Positions 13,259 to 25,539 of a stretch of DNA of 64,000 bases are shown here, in pieces. Below the pieces are notes generated by a model, which worked only from the letters and a program-made list of their open reading frames with translations, was not told where the DNA came from and did no database searches. Both the position numbers and the translations under genes were made by a program. The stretch is from NCBI RefSeq assembly GCF_018350175.1, contig NC_058369.1, positions 13,702,001-13,766,000 on the forward strand. The letters run 5' to 3'. This DNA is from Felis catus. Lineage: Eukaryota. Position 1 is the stretch's first letter; every line of letters starts with the position of its first letter.

Positions 13259-15189
13259 ATTATTCTTATTTCAGAGTGACTCAGGCTCCTTCGGAAATGA
13301 TTAAATGCAGCCTCTAGTGTGCCTCCCCTCTGGTCGGCTCTAGCCTCTGTCTGGCCCCAGTCGCCCCCTCTGGGAACCGGGTACGTAATTCCAGGGCCCA
13401 AAGGTCTTGGAAGGCGAGGAGGAGACCCGACCCAATCAGCCCCTCCCCTTCTCCCCGTGGAGCCCTTTCGGGTTAAATTTCCCTTCCCCTCCCCTCCCCA
13501 CCCCGAATATTTCGGGCGCCCTCATTGGCCAAGACGGGACCATATGCAAAATAAGCGGTTGCCGCGGAAACGGCCCGCCCCTGGCCCAACTAATTGTTTC
13601 TTCCGGAACTGCGAAGCGTTGGGAGTCTTGGGCTGATCTGGGGTGGGGCTGCTGAAGGGAACCCCCTGCAATTTGGTTTGAGGCCCCTTCTCGGACCCCA
13701 GTTCTAGCGCCTCCGTCCTACCTTTGTGGTCCCACCGCCACGCTTTTGCCTCGGCGGTGCTGGAAGGCTCTGGCGCGGGACGGCTGCGTGGTGGCTGACC
13801 TGCACGAGAGGGCCCAAGCGGTCAGCACCCTCTGCGGATTCGCTCTGGTCCCGGGCGCTCCTCAGGATCCGCACCCAGAGACTCAGGGGAAGAGGAACTG
13901 GTGTCCGGGTGCAAGGCTGAGGGGAAGAATGAAGACACAGAGACACGCCCCCCCCCTGCAAGACCTCAGGCCCAGGATTCTCACGGGAGGGGGAGGGGCG
14001 ACCTGCTTCTCTCTTGCTGGAACCCAGTGACTACATGTCCCCCATTAACACCCCGAATGACTGCTATCTCATCAACTCGCTTCCTGGTCTCAACTCGGTT
14101 GCCGCCCAAGCCACGCATTCACGTATTCATTCAACAATCACCCATGCTGGACTTCCAAAAGGCCTCGGCTATGGCCAGGTTCTGGTGCAGCAACCCAGTC
14201 TTTGGAGAGAACAGAGCTAGCCACAGACACACCCAGTCCAGTGGAGTCGGGTCAGGGTCAGAGGGAGGGACAGAGTCCGGTAAGGGTTCCTAGAGGAGGG
14301 AGCATTAGAATTGGGGCTTCAACACGTGGGTAGAGTTTTGCCAAGAATTCCTAAAACCTGCCTTTGACTCTCCCAGCTGCTAGCCTCCCCGACAGACTCA
14401 GAGCTCCTCCTCCTGTACAGTGATGCCTCCACCGTGGAGGGGGCTGCGAGGAGGGCTCCCTGGGAGAGGAGATGTTGATTTCAGGACTTGGGGGTGAGTC
14501 ACAGTAGCTGGCAGAAATAAATGCATAGCAGATTCCAGGCAGAAGTCACAACAGGCGTGGAGGCCCTGCAGCTTGAGAAAGCATGGTGGGCTGGGACTGT
14601 GCATTTAGGAGTGGAGTGGCTAGATGGGCAGGCTAAGAGGAGGAAGTGGTGGTGTGGGCAGGCGGTGGGCAGTGCCGGCCTCAGAAGCCAGGCCGAGGAG
14701 TGGGGCGTTATTCCCAGGGCCGTGGGGAGCCAAGGAAGATGTGTGAGCAGTGGAGGAGTGCTGTGTCCAAAGATTCCTCCAGAGTGAGCGAGCCTGCTGT
14801 CTGGAGGTGGGGAACCTGGGCAGGAGACCAGCGTTCCAGAAGGAGACAGGTACCTGAGTCAGACCCAAAGCGTAGTGACAAGAGTAGATGAAGGAGGGTG
14901 GGCTAGGAGAGGGTTTCCGCCTCCCTGGGGTCCTAGGGTCAGGCAGACCCAGTTCAGCTCCCTTCCAGACCCTGACTCACTGTGCAGTCTTAACCCCCCT
15001 GTGCCTCAGTTTCCACATCTGTAAAGTGGGATAAATTCTGAGAGCCTTCTTGACGGTGAGAAGCTAAACCCCACCCCCCCCCATGCTTCCCCCTCTCCTC
15101 AAACTCTGCCCCTTCCCCTCTTCAGACTCAGAGGGACGGCCAAAGGTTTTGAGCCGAGACTTTTAGAAAGAGCTGGAAGTTGTCGTTCC

Positions 15190-15930
15190 AACGCACCCAA
15201 AGGTACTTTTTCCTAACAGAAAAATTGCACATCACAACTCTGAGGCGTCATTTGTCTTCCCCTATGAGACTGGCAAAGATTCAGAAGTGTGCCGATGTTC
15301 TGCGCTGGCCGGGCTATGGGAAAACAGGGAAGCCCATGCCACGCTTCAGGATCACATGTGGCGCTGTCCCAGTGGAAGGCACAGTGACCGGCAGAGGCCA
15401 CGGGGGTTCCAAACACTCGTGCCTGCTGCCCCAGCATCCGCTGCTGGGACTGTCCTGAATATTTCATGTTGACAAAGTGACAAGGGCGGCAGTGGCATGA
15501 ACTAACTGAGGAGTGGATAAACGAAACGTGGTGCCTCCAGACAGCGGAATGTTACTCAGCCACGAAAAGTGGTGAGGCGCTGACGCTCCCTTGGTCACGG
15601 ATGAACCTTGAAAACATCAGGGTGAGTGAAAGAAGCCAGTCACAAAAGCCCACAGAGCCTATGACTCCACTGATGCGAGACGTCCGGACCAGGCAAATCC
15701 CTAGGGACAGAAAGCAGATTGGTGGTCCCCAGGGGGCTGGGGTGAGGGTGGGGCGGCGAAGCGGGGGGGGGGGGGATGGGGTTTCCATTTGGGGCAATGG
15801 AAATGTTCTGGAGCCAGAGGTAGGTGGTGCTCACAAAACACTTTGTAAATGTACAAAAAACTCACGCAATCGTTCACTCTAAGATGGGGAAAATGGTCAA
15901 TTTTATGTTAAGTGTGTTTTGAACAATTTT
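15190..15930 (+). mobile_element. Old L1 (L1M-type) 3' end fragments
   Basis: Typical L1 3' motifs (GGAATGTTACTCAGCCACGAAAAG, ATGAACCTTGAAAACATC, GAAAGAAGCCAGTCACAAAAG). Confidence 0.8.
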
Positions 15931-18839
15931 AACAAAGAGGGAGGGCCAAGAGATGACACGGTTAAGGATGATTCATCTCAATGTTGTTATATGGGGGGGG
16001 GGGGAGAAAAAAAGGAAGCAATGTAAGGGATTGGGTAGATGAATAATGATTTATCCATCCTGGAGGGGGGGGGTGCCACAGAGTCACAGAAACAAAATGA
16101 TGGGTCTCTATGAACTGAGAAGCAAAGACTCATTTATTTTTCCCACAAACCTTTGTTAAGCTCCTACTGTGTGCCGAGGCCTTCGGGAGAAGGATGAGGG
16201 GGACTTATTGAGTAAGGAGGTGGGAGAAGGGCATCCAGGGGATGGAACAGACTGTGGCAAAGGCCTGGGGAGGGGTGGAGGGGGTGGGAGCAGACCTAGG
16301 TGAGAGCAGATGTCTCCAAGAGAAAACATTAACTGAAAAAAGCCAAAAAAGTAAACTTCTAGATTTCGTTTCGTTCTTCCAGAGAAACCGGCGATGAAAC
16401 ACGGAAAACAAATACCCGTGGTTACCTCAAAGCAGCGGGCAGATGGGAGGGAGAAATTCACCACGTAGGTTTTTCATGCAAAACACAGAAATCAGCCAGC
16501 AAACACATGTAAGACACGCTGGCTTTGGGGATAAGAGGGACAGAGGGGCACCAGCCAGCTTCGGGCCTGGGTGGGGGTGGATGTCCCCTATGCCCCACAC
16601 CCTGGGATGAATCCGCAGAGTTAAGGGCTAAGTCCTCTTAGAATAGGAGGAAATGAGAAAATGAGGAAGTACCAGACACAAGGGCTGGGGGTGCTGGGGG
16701 GGGAGGGTCAGGCGTGGGGCCTGGGATAGTGGGTTCTGGAGGTGGGTCAGGGGGACCTGGGGGTCCTGGAGTCTGGAACATTTAGAGGGGTCTGGAGTTT
16801 GGGAGGCCTAGGTCCTGGGGCTTAGGAGTCTGGAGGTTCCCGGCATTTGGGGAGGTCCTGGGTTCTGGGGCATGGCAGGGGTCTGACAGGTCTGGGGCCT
16901 GGGGGACTTGGGGTCTGGACCTGCTTGCTGCAGCCCCAGAAGGTCATGGCCAGGCTATGGGGAGCAGGGCAGCTCTGGCTCCACGGCCTGAGGGGGACCA
17001 GAAGCTTCCAGAGGGTACATCTCCACACTCCCTCTCCTTCCAGGCTGAGATGTCCCGAGACTGAGTCTGAAACAGGTCTGAGTCCCACGCGGGGCCAGTC
17101 TCTCAGCACAGAGACTTCCAGAGATCCTTAGAGACACCTAGAGACCTTCAGAAACCCCCAGAGATACCTAAAACAACTCAGAATCCCCAAGACCCCAGAA
17201 ATACCTATAGGCCCTCACAGATAGCCCAAGACAGAGAGATTCCAGAGACACTCAAGGACACCTAGAGACCCACAGAAACTTCCAGAGATACCCAGAGAAA
17301 CTCAGACATCCCCAAGACCCCAGGGATGCCCAGAGACCTTTACAGACCTTCAGACACCCCCAACAATAGTCAGAAAAATTCAAAGGACCCTCCACTAAAG
17401 ACAGAGATAGAGATAGAGTTCCCTGGGGGTAAACCCAGACCCAGGGCCACCAATGTGTGGCCCCCACAACTTAGCCATATTTGCCCAACATCCTCTGACC
17501 CCCATGTACCCACCTATGCTGGGTAAGGCCTCGGCCTGGGCCCTGCCCCCAATATTTCCGAGACTGGGAGCTGAAGTGGGATCAAGGGTTTGCTCTCTCC
17601 CATTATTCACCTCCCATCCTGCTCCTGGGTTCTCACACTTATCCAGAATCTGCCCCTCTCTCCACCCCTGGGGTCCAGGCCCCCAGATCTCTTGCCCTAA
17701 CCCCTGTCCTACCATTTCCAATCTCCATGTATTCACAGTGCAGCCTTTGAACACCAGACTTCCCCCCCCCCCCTTTCCTTCCAGGTCTGGCTGCTCTGAA
17801 GATCCAGTCTCATCTGGGGGAGGGGGGAGGGCAGGGTGCCAGGCAGCCCAACCCAGCAGCAGAGGCCATCTAGAGGCCTGGATCTTGAGGTGTCTGAGGG
17901 GCTCTGGAGCCAGCAGGTCAGGACCAGAGAGGCAGGTGTGACAAGCAGAGGCTGCACTGGGGCAGCAAAGCTGACTTAGGGGCAAGCCCGGACTGTGGGT
18001 AGATGTGGGCGGCCGCGGACCAGGCGCTAATCCAGCAAGCGATGACTGAGGTCTCCTTGGCCACTTCCCCGCTGTGTGACCCAAGGCCAGTACCTTAATC
18101 TGTCTATGCCTCGGCTTCCTCTCGGGTAAAACAAGGCAGCGAAAACCACCCTAGAGGGTGGCTGTGAAGGACTGAGAAGCAGGTGTGAACACGAGCCTTC
18201 CTACGGCACCGGGGACACTTGGCTGCGTGTCCCACGGGGGAGGGGGAGGGGGTCAATGATGGTCCATCGGAATGGACAAAGATTGAATCAGAAGGTATAG
18301 CTTGGTTTTGAATGAGTAGAAAGACCGAGTCTGAAGTCACGTGGCCATGTTGGTTATGGTGAAATTTTAGAAGTCAGTGAATGCTGTTGTAAGGGGGGGT
18401 GAGGTGGGTGGTGGTGGGGGGGGGGCAAACAAAAATATATCGCTGAGGCAGCTGCGGTCAGCAAGCACGTTCCACCTGCGAGAGCCAAGTTTGGTCTGGC
18501 TGTGGGAGGCTGCGGGAGGCCAAGCTGCTGGGCCACAGGGCTCCCCTGGGAATAGCCCTCCGCCACAGAGGGAGGAGCGTTGATTATAAATGCCTACCTC
18601 ACTTAGGACATCTCTGAGGCAGGCTCTGGGCTGTGTCCTTGAGGGCCCCCTGGGAAACCAGCCCCTGGGAACCCCCTGGTTGGTACCCCCTGAAGGGCTC
18701 CTTCTCTCTCCTCACCTTGACCTCTGTCTCTTCCTCGACCAGGGCTTCTCGGAATGACCACCTAAACAGTCCATGCTCTTGAATTCTGTTCTTAGAAAGT
18801 GCTTCTTAGGGACCCCAAATTAAGATAGGTGGAGTGATT

Positions 18840-18949
18840 GGGACACCTGGCTGACTCAGTAGAGCATGTTGACTCTTGACCTTGGGGTCATGAGTTCAAG
18901 CCCCACATTGGGTGTAGAGATTACTTAAAATAAATAAAAATAAGCTTAA
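18840..18949 (+). mobile_element. Older short Can-SINE (tRNA-Lys-like head plus A tail)
   Basis: GGGACACCTGGCTGACTCAGTAGAGCATG...GAGTTCAAGCCCCAC, A-rich tail. Confidence 0.88.
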
Positions 18950-18963
18950 AAAAAAAGGATGCA

Positions 18964-19182
18964 GGGGCGCCTGGGTGGCACAGTCGGTTAAGCGTCCGAC
19001 TTCAGCCAGGTCACGATCTCGCGGTCCGGGAGTTCGAGCCCCGCGTCGGGCTCTGGGCTGATGGCTCAGAGCCTGGAGCCTGTTTCCGATTCTGTGTCTC
19101 CCTCTCTCTCTGCCCCTCCCCCGTTCATGCTCTGTCTCTCTCTGTCCCAAAAATAAATAAACGTTGAAAAAAAATTTTTTTT
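18964..19182 (+). mobile_element. Young full-length felid Can-SINE with perfect 14-bp target-site duplication
   Basis: Near-consensus young SINEC_Fc sequence; TSD AAAAAAAGGATGCA at 18950-18963 and 19183-19196. Confidence 0.97.
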
Positions 19183-19529
19183 AAAAAAAGGATGCAATCT
19201 TCACGATAGCCCCTCAGGATAGGAACTGTCATTACGTTTCATAGGAACTGAAAAGACCCCTGCTCCATTTTACAGACAGGGAAACTGAGGCATGGTGTGT
19301 TTGAGTAGCTTGCCCAAGGCTCAAGAGCAACTGAGGGTCAGCCGAGAATCCGTGTTGTTGACCATGAGGCTGCACGGTGCTCAAACACAAGATGCATTCG
19401 CATACGTCTACCTGGCGGGGTCTGCAGGTCTCCAGGTCACTCCTAGATGCATGGATTTGAACTTGAGTTCATGATAGCGATTGCCTGGGGCTGTGGGCTA
19501 AGGAGGGTATTTCGTTTTATTTGTTAGGT

Positions 19530-19653
19530 TTTCTTTTCTTTTTCTTTTTAAAGATTTTATTTTTAAGTAACCGCTACGCCCAACGTGAGGCTTGAACCCA
19601 CACTCTGAGATCACGAGTGGAATGCTGTACCGACTGAACCAGCCAGACGCCCC
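19530..19653 (-). mobile_element. Older short Can-SINE
   Basis: Reverse complement of GGGGCGTCTGGCTGGTTCAGTCGGTACAGCA head with T-rich tail on the + strand. Confidence 0.85.
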
Positions 19654-20394
19654 TAATTTTTAAATTTTTTACTAAGATTACATTCATCCCTCAAATATTT
19701 ACTGAGTGCCTCCTGAATGCAGCAAAACTCCTGCCCTTCCTTGAGGAGCTGATACTCCGTGGGGAAGGTGCAATGATTAGGAAGTAGGAGTGCAGTGGAG
19801 AAAAAGTTAAACAGAGTGTAGAGGGGTTTGGTTCATGGCTTGGAAAAGTTGGTGAAAGACCTCTGGAGAAAATAAAGTGAGGGGGAAAAAAAGATATGCA
19901 GGGCAGAGTTCAAAATGGGAAGTTTTGGGGGGGGGCGGAGGAACCGGGTGATTTTTTTCTGTATTTTTCTTCTTCTTTTTTTTGCTATGAAATAATTCAA
20001 CACATAAATATGTAAATATATATCTGGAAGCCGACTTGGGGGCATGGGCAAGGTCAAGAGAAGCTGACTACGTTCCAAGCCTGAAGCTTGAGATCTCAAG
20101 TGCTGTTCCAAAGGTGCACCAAGGTGAGGCTTGAGGGGGGGTGGGGGGCGGGGGAGGAAGACCCTTAGGAGCTGGTGCTGCGAGTCTCTGCTGCCCTCGT
20201 GTGGCCATACTTGGGATTGTAAGTCCTCGGTGGCCTGGGCAGAGAGGCAGAAAATTGGTCCCTGGCCCTTTTGAACCCTGGACTCCACCCTGGTCAGGGA
20301 GGATGGTAATGATGGTCTGTGTCACAATCAGGCTAAGACCACTGAGGACACTGAAGGCCTCAGATCCCAGCGCAGAGGGGACAATGATCATTTT

Positions 20395-20760
20395 TAATTC
20401 ATGTGTGTGGCAGCAGGTATTTATTGAGCTCCTGCTGTGTGCCAAGATTTGTTCTAAGCACTGAGCAAAACATTCAAACTTCCTGCCCTCGTGGAACTCA
20501 TGGATTACTGAAAATGTGGGAAATCAACGTGCAAAAACAAGGTTTTCAGGAAAATCCAACGGGGCAATGTGACCTGGGTTGGAAGGCCTCTCTGAGAAGA
20601 CATGTGGGAGCTGAGGCCTTAAGGATGAAGAGTAGCAGGCCATGGGGAAGGGCTGGGGGCGAGGTATCCCAGGCAGAGAACACTGCCATGCAAAGGCCCT
20701 GGGGTGGGGATGAGCTGGATGCATACAACAGGACCGTGGACACAAGGTACCCAGCTTCTG
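20395..20760 (+). mobile_element. L2 remnant (similar remnants near 7920-8300 and 16130-16270)
   Basis: TATTTATTGAGC...TGTGTGCCA and GCAAAGGCCCTGGGGTGGG motifs typical of L2 3' ends. Confidence 0.7.
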
Positions 20761-23700
20761 GTGCTTAGCAAGCATCCATTCCCCAGTGTCATTATTCAGT
20801 GATGGACTCCCAAATGGGGGGGGGGGAAGACCCCTCCCCTTTACTGCCCAAAGAGATACCTGGTTCTCCCACTCTCTGCTGTGTGTCTTCAGGTAAGTTG
20901 CTTCCCTGTACTGAGCCTCAATTTTATCTGTGGAACTTTCTCTGTACCTGCTACAGGCTCTTCCCTCCTTCATTCCTCTCTTCCCTGCTCCTTCCCCCCC
21001 AGGCCTGAAGTTTCCGCAAAATGCCTCCAGTTTCTCAGAGTGAGTATCCCAGACCCATGCCAGTGGGTGAGGTGCTGCCTCTGCATCACCCGTGTGACTT
21101 TCTTAGCAGCTCTCTGGGCTCAGGGAGCCCTATTCTAGTCTATAACATGGGAATGAGGCTGCTGGGCGAATTTTCCAGGGATGATCTGATCCGGGCCGAT
21201 CCCACCAATTCCTTATGACTGGTTTGGCCCTGGAGTTCAAATGCAACGAGAAGGAACAGGCACTTAATTTATGGGCACTGGAGCCCACGGAAGGCACTGG
21301 AGGTAGGTCAGCCTACTGGCTCAGGCAGAGCTTTGTTGAGGATGGTGCTGATGGGTGGAGCTGTAGAATTGCTTGAGGCTCCTCCTCCTAGCCATCCTGG
21401 GTCCCCTCTGTTGCCTAGAGTTGGGCAGCAGCTCTGCAAGCTGGGGGGTTCAGTCGCCTCCTGTTCCAAGACTCTCAGTGGACCTGCGCAGCCAGGATTC
21501 AAACCCAGGCCCAACCTCCATCCATCCGGGGACTTCTACCTCCAGGTGATCAGTCTTGGAGTACAGGAAACCTGAGACTCCAAGGGGTTTCTGCCTCTTC
21601 CGGGAGCCTTTGCCTCCACCACCACCCCCCACCCCCCCCACCCCCCCCCCCACCCCCCGCGCTCAGGTTGGGGGCCTTGCTCCTCCCACCAGGTCTAGGC
21701 TAGAACTCCCACCCTAGCACTCGGGCCAGCTGCTGTGGCTTCTCCCCTCCCGATGTTGTTTGGGTTTTAATTTTTGTGTTGCAGTTAGAAAATTACCCAT
21801 AATTACAGCTTCTGAGAGGAAACATCTCAGGGCCCAGACCCTGCTCCCAGCTGTGGCCCGCCTCCCACGCACGGCTGGGGAGGAGCCCCCACCCCGAATC
21901 CGGGCCCCTCCCAAGGCCTGCCTCTTTAATGAGAAGTGGGGGGGGGGGGGGATGCTCCTTCCATCTCCAGTGGAGAGGAAAAACCATCATCAGGAAAACC
22001 CAAACCAGGCTTCCCAGCGACTTCTGCAACATATTCACTGGCCGCCAGGGCTGTGTCCGCAGGGAGGACAGATCCCGGGGGAGGCAGAGGCTGTCAACAG
22101 ATTATTTGATGCATCATTTTATCGTAACAGTGACAAATCCAACCAAGACCAGTGCTGAACCAGTAATCTGGGGGAGATGGCCAGGGAAGGCAAGGAAGAG
22201 GGAGGGGAGGAGAAAGAGGGGAAGGAAGGAGACGAGGGGGGGTGGCGGGAAGAAGGAACTAGAATAGGCAGGGCCAGGAGCCAAAGAGCCCTCCAGGCAG
22301 CAGCAGGAACAGCCCGTGCAAAGGCCGGGAGGTGGGCCTGTGAAGGGCGGGTATGAAGAATGGAAGGGCTGGCAGGGAGTGGGGAGGGACAGACTTTCCT
22401 CCATTCAACACCCCACTCCCACCCCGCCCCAGCCCTACCAGCACAGTCCGCTACGGGCTTGCCCAGGCACCGCCTCCAACCCGGTGGTGATCCCGAGGCA
22501 AAGAACTGGCTCAAGGCTGCAGTCCCCGCACAGCCACACAGGGGCAGTCGGGAGCCGATGAAGGAATGGCGGGTCTAGGATTCCGACCAGACTTTAATAA
22601 GTCTTCTCTCCTTCGGGTCCCCACCGGGACCCCAATCAATTCCCGGGTCTGCCATTGGCCCAGGGCCCCTGTCTACCTGGGCTTCTTACTCGGGCAACCT
22701 TCTGCATCCTCCATGCTATCTCAATGTACCCAGCAGCCCCATGGAGCTTCTTAAAATCCTGTTGCGGATTGCCGTTCAAGGCTACACACCTTCCCGTGGC
22801 TCCTTATTGCTTAGAACGAATCCCAACCCGTCCCCTCGGGAGTGATCCGGTTCCTCTTCCTGTTCCAGCCACACTGCCCTCCTCGTTCTGCCTCCAGCAC
22901 CTTAACCGTGTACCCACCTCAGGGCCTTTGCACTTCTGTGCTGCAGTCTGAACATTTTGCTTTCAGATCTTTCAGATCCACCCCTCCCCTTAATAAAACA
23001 ACAAACAAAAAAACAAAAAAAAAAACGAAAAACTTTCCTTCCCCCCCCCAACCCCCTCCCTCTTCTGGGTGCGGTGGGGGTAAGGCCCTTCTGTGGGTTC
23101 TGCTCTTGTAAGGAGGGCGCCCTGCTTGGATGTGCGAGCGGCTCCGCTTCCCTGACGCCGCGTGGGGCCGATCTCCCTTTTCTCGGACTTTTCCGCGGGC
23201 ACCGAGGCTGTGTTTGGAGATCCGTCCCGGTTGCCATGAGAACCGCGCCTGTCGCTTCAGCCCGCCGCACCTCCCCCTTCGCAGCTCGCGCTGCGTTTCC
23301 CTCCTTCTCTCCATCCTCCCACCACCCCCCCACCCCCCGCCCGCCTCCACCCTGCCTGGGAGCCCGGCCCTTTTGGCCATCGCTGGATCCTCTCCACTGG
23401 GAACCCCTCCCTCTGCCCAGCATGTGGTACTCCTTGAAATTATCCTACGGACACGCCAGCGTTTGACGGTCAGCCCTCCCCATCAAAATCTCAGTTCCAC
23501 AAGCAGTAGCAAAGCGTGCTGGCTGGGTCCCCAGAGCCCCCACAAGAGCCCTGCGCACAGCAGATGCTCAATAAATGTTTGTGGGGAGGCTGGAGATCAC
23601 GACTCAAGGAACCGTGGCTCAGAAAGGCCGAGGGACCCGCGCAGGACACACAGAATCCTGGGGAGCCACCGAGCGCTGGGAGATAAATAGGGGGTGCCTG

Positions 23701-24265
23701 GGATGGCAGGAGGAGTGTCCTCGGGGGCCGGAGTGTCACAGTGGTCACATATACGCTGTGCGACGAGGGGGAGCCACTTTCTCTGTGCCTCGTTGGAAGT
23801 AGGCGCCGGAGACCGGTGGTGAGAGCGGGTATTACGACGAGGGTGCCCTTGGCTCCCACGTCCGCCGGTGGCCTCCGGGGCGCTGGGCAGCCGCCAGCTC
23901 GAGGCCCCTATAGAAGCTTGCCGGCCGCGCCCCCATTAGCTCGCCACGCAGGCCCCTCCTCTACGCCTGCCCGGGCCTCGGGGGCCCCGCGGGAGAGGAA
24001 GCTGGGGGAGGGGACGACCGGCTGGACAGGAAGTGGGAAGGGCTGGCGTCCCCCTCCAACCCCGGCCGGGGCCCCTCGGGATGGAGGCGGGGCTGGGGCC
24101 TGCCTGGCCCTTCCCTTCCTCTCCGCCTGTCTGGAACCCCAGCGGCTCCCGACTTCCCGACCGCCAGGCTTGAGGGGTGGGGATCCCTACTGGGGAGCGC
24201 GGCCTCTTAGAGGGAGGTATAACAGGGGGTCAGCTGGCAGGGGCGGGGGCGGTTGCTCCCATCAA

Positions 24266-24266
<1 letters not shown>

Positions 24267-24306
<40 letters not shown>
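24267..24306 (+). repeat. (AC)20 microsatellite
   Basis: Perfect tandem read directly. Confidence 0.97.
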
Positions 24307-24308
<2 letters not shown>

Positions 24309-25539
24309 CGCAGGAAGCCTGAGCACACAACCACACAACACAGGTCCCGGGGAGCCAGTAATCAACCTCCGCGCGGAGGCACACGCAAACACACACACTT
24401 GTGCACACAGCCTAAGGGCGTCACTCGGCCTCCCACAACCGCCAAGGACACACAACCGCTGCCGCAGAGCCAGGGCCAGTTGACCAGACAGCAGCCTTTC
24501 CCTGGATACCTACCAAACTCCAGGCAGGCATGATGCACATGTGCACTCACACAGGAACTGCGGGTTCACACCCAGACACAGACACACACGCTCGCAGTCG
24601 TGCATGGGGGGGGGGGGGGGGCGGAACCCCTATGGCGGACATTCACAGAAACATCCAGACCTGGAGACACAACCGGACTGCCTCCCTCCCCGGGGCGCAA
24701 GCAGGTCCCGCGCACAGGCCTCCACCCCTCGCAGGCACCCTTGTCCTTACTTCGGTGTCTGCCCCCCTCTCACACCCTCTGGAGGGAGGAGAAGGGCCCC
24801 TGGAGGGGGAATGGGGTCCCCCCCACCCCTCCGCCTGCAGTCCTGACTCCTGCAGAGGAGACAATGAAAAGTGGGATGCGCCCCGTTTACAGCCGGCCGA
24901 TACCCAGGCTGAGCAGCAGCCGCAGGAATGACCCAGGCGACAATCACCCAGCAACTGCTATTGACACGGGGTGTGGCTACCACGGGGCGGCGCTGTGTGG
25001 TGGTCTTCGGGTTGCATGTGTCTGCGTCGTGTGTCTGTGAGTGGCCACAGGCCCCGGGACCGTGTGACGCTGTCGTCTGTGGCACTGTGAGACCCCAGGG
25101 CTACGTGTGGAGCCCTGGGTAGGAGTTCCGACAAGCAGCCGCGTTTTTGCCACGGCCCGTTGGGAGCTGCAGCACAACGGAGCCGACGTGTGCCTGTGCG
25201 TCCCTGTGAGCAGTGGCCTGTGTGCTTTGCTGTCCTGGTGGCCACTGTGTATACCACCGTGTGTGGGACGGGGTGTCCCTGGGTGAACTGTACGTGTGGC
25301 GGGGTCCTCTCAGGATGTGGGGGGGCATATCTGTGGGGAGGACACCCAGTGTGACGGCCTGTCGCTTTAGGGAACCCTCACTCGTCGTTCCAGTAGCTCT
25401 GTGGGTTTGTGTGTGTAGGGTCCTGTGTGTGGCTGTGCTCCTGGGTGTACAATTTGGGTGGCTGGTCCTATTTGTAGACCGTGTGTGGACCCGTGATCAA
25501 CTGTATCCTGCTGTGTGTCCCCAGGTGGCCGCCCCCACC

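Noticed and set aside
13540-13800. Possible snRNA-type promoter (octamer-like motif)
   Set aside because: Imperfect octamer, no PSE and no recognisable snRNA body at the expected distance
17100-17430. CRISPR-like or satellite array
   Set aside because: Eukaryotic locus; units are short and degenerate with no repeat-spacer structure
18336-18345. CLEAR/USF-like E-box GTCACGTGGC as a distal GDF15 TFEB element
   Set aside because: Single short motif 14 kb away beyond LRRC25; expected by chance
18840-18920. tRNA gene
   Set aside because: tRNA-Lys-like A/B boxes belong to a Can-SINE head with an A-rich tail; no intact cloverleaf
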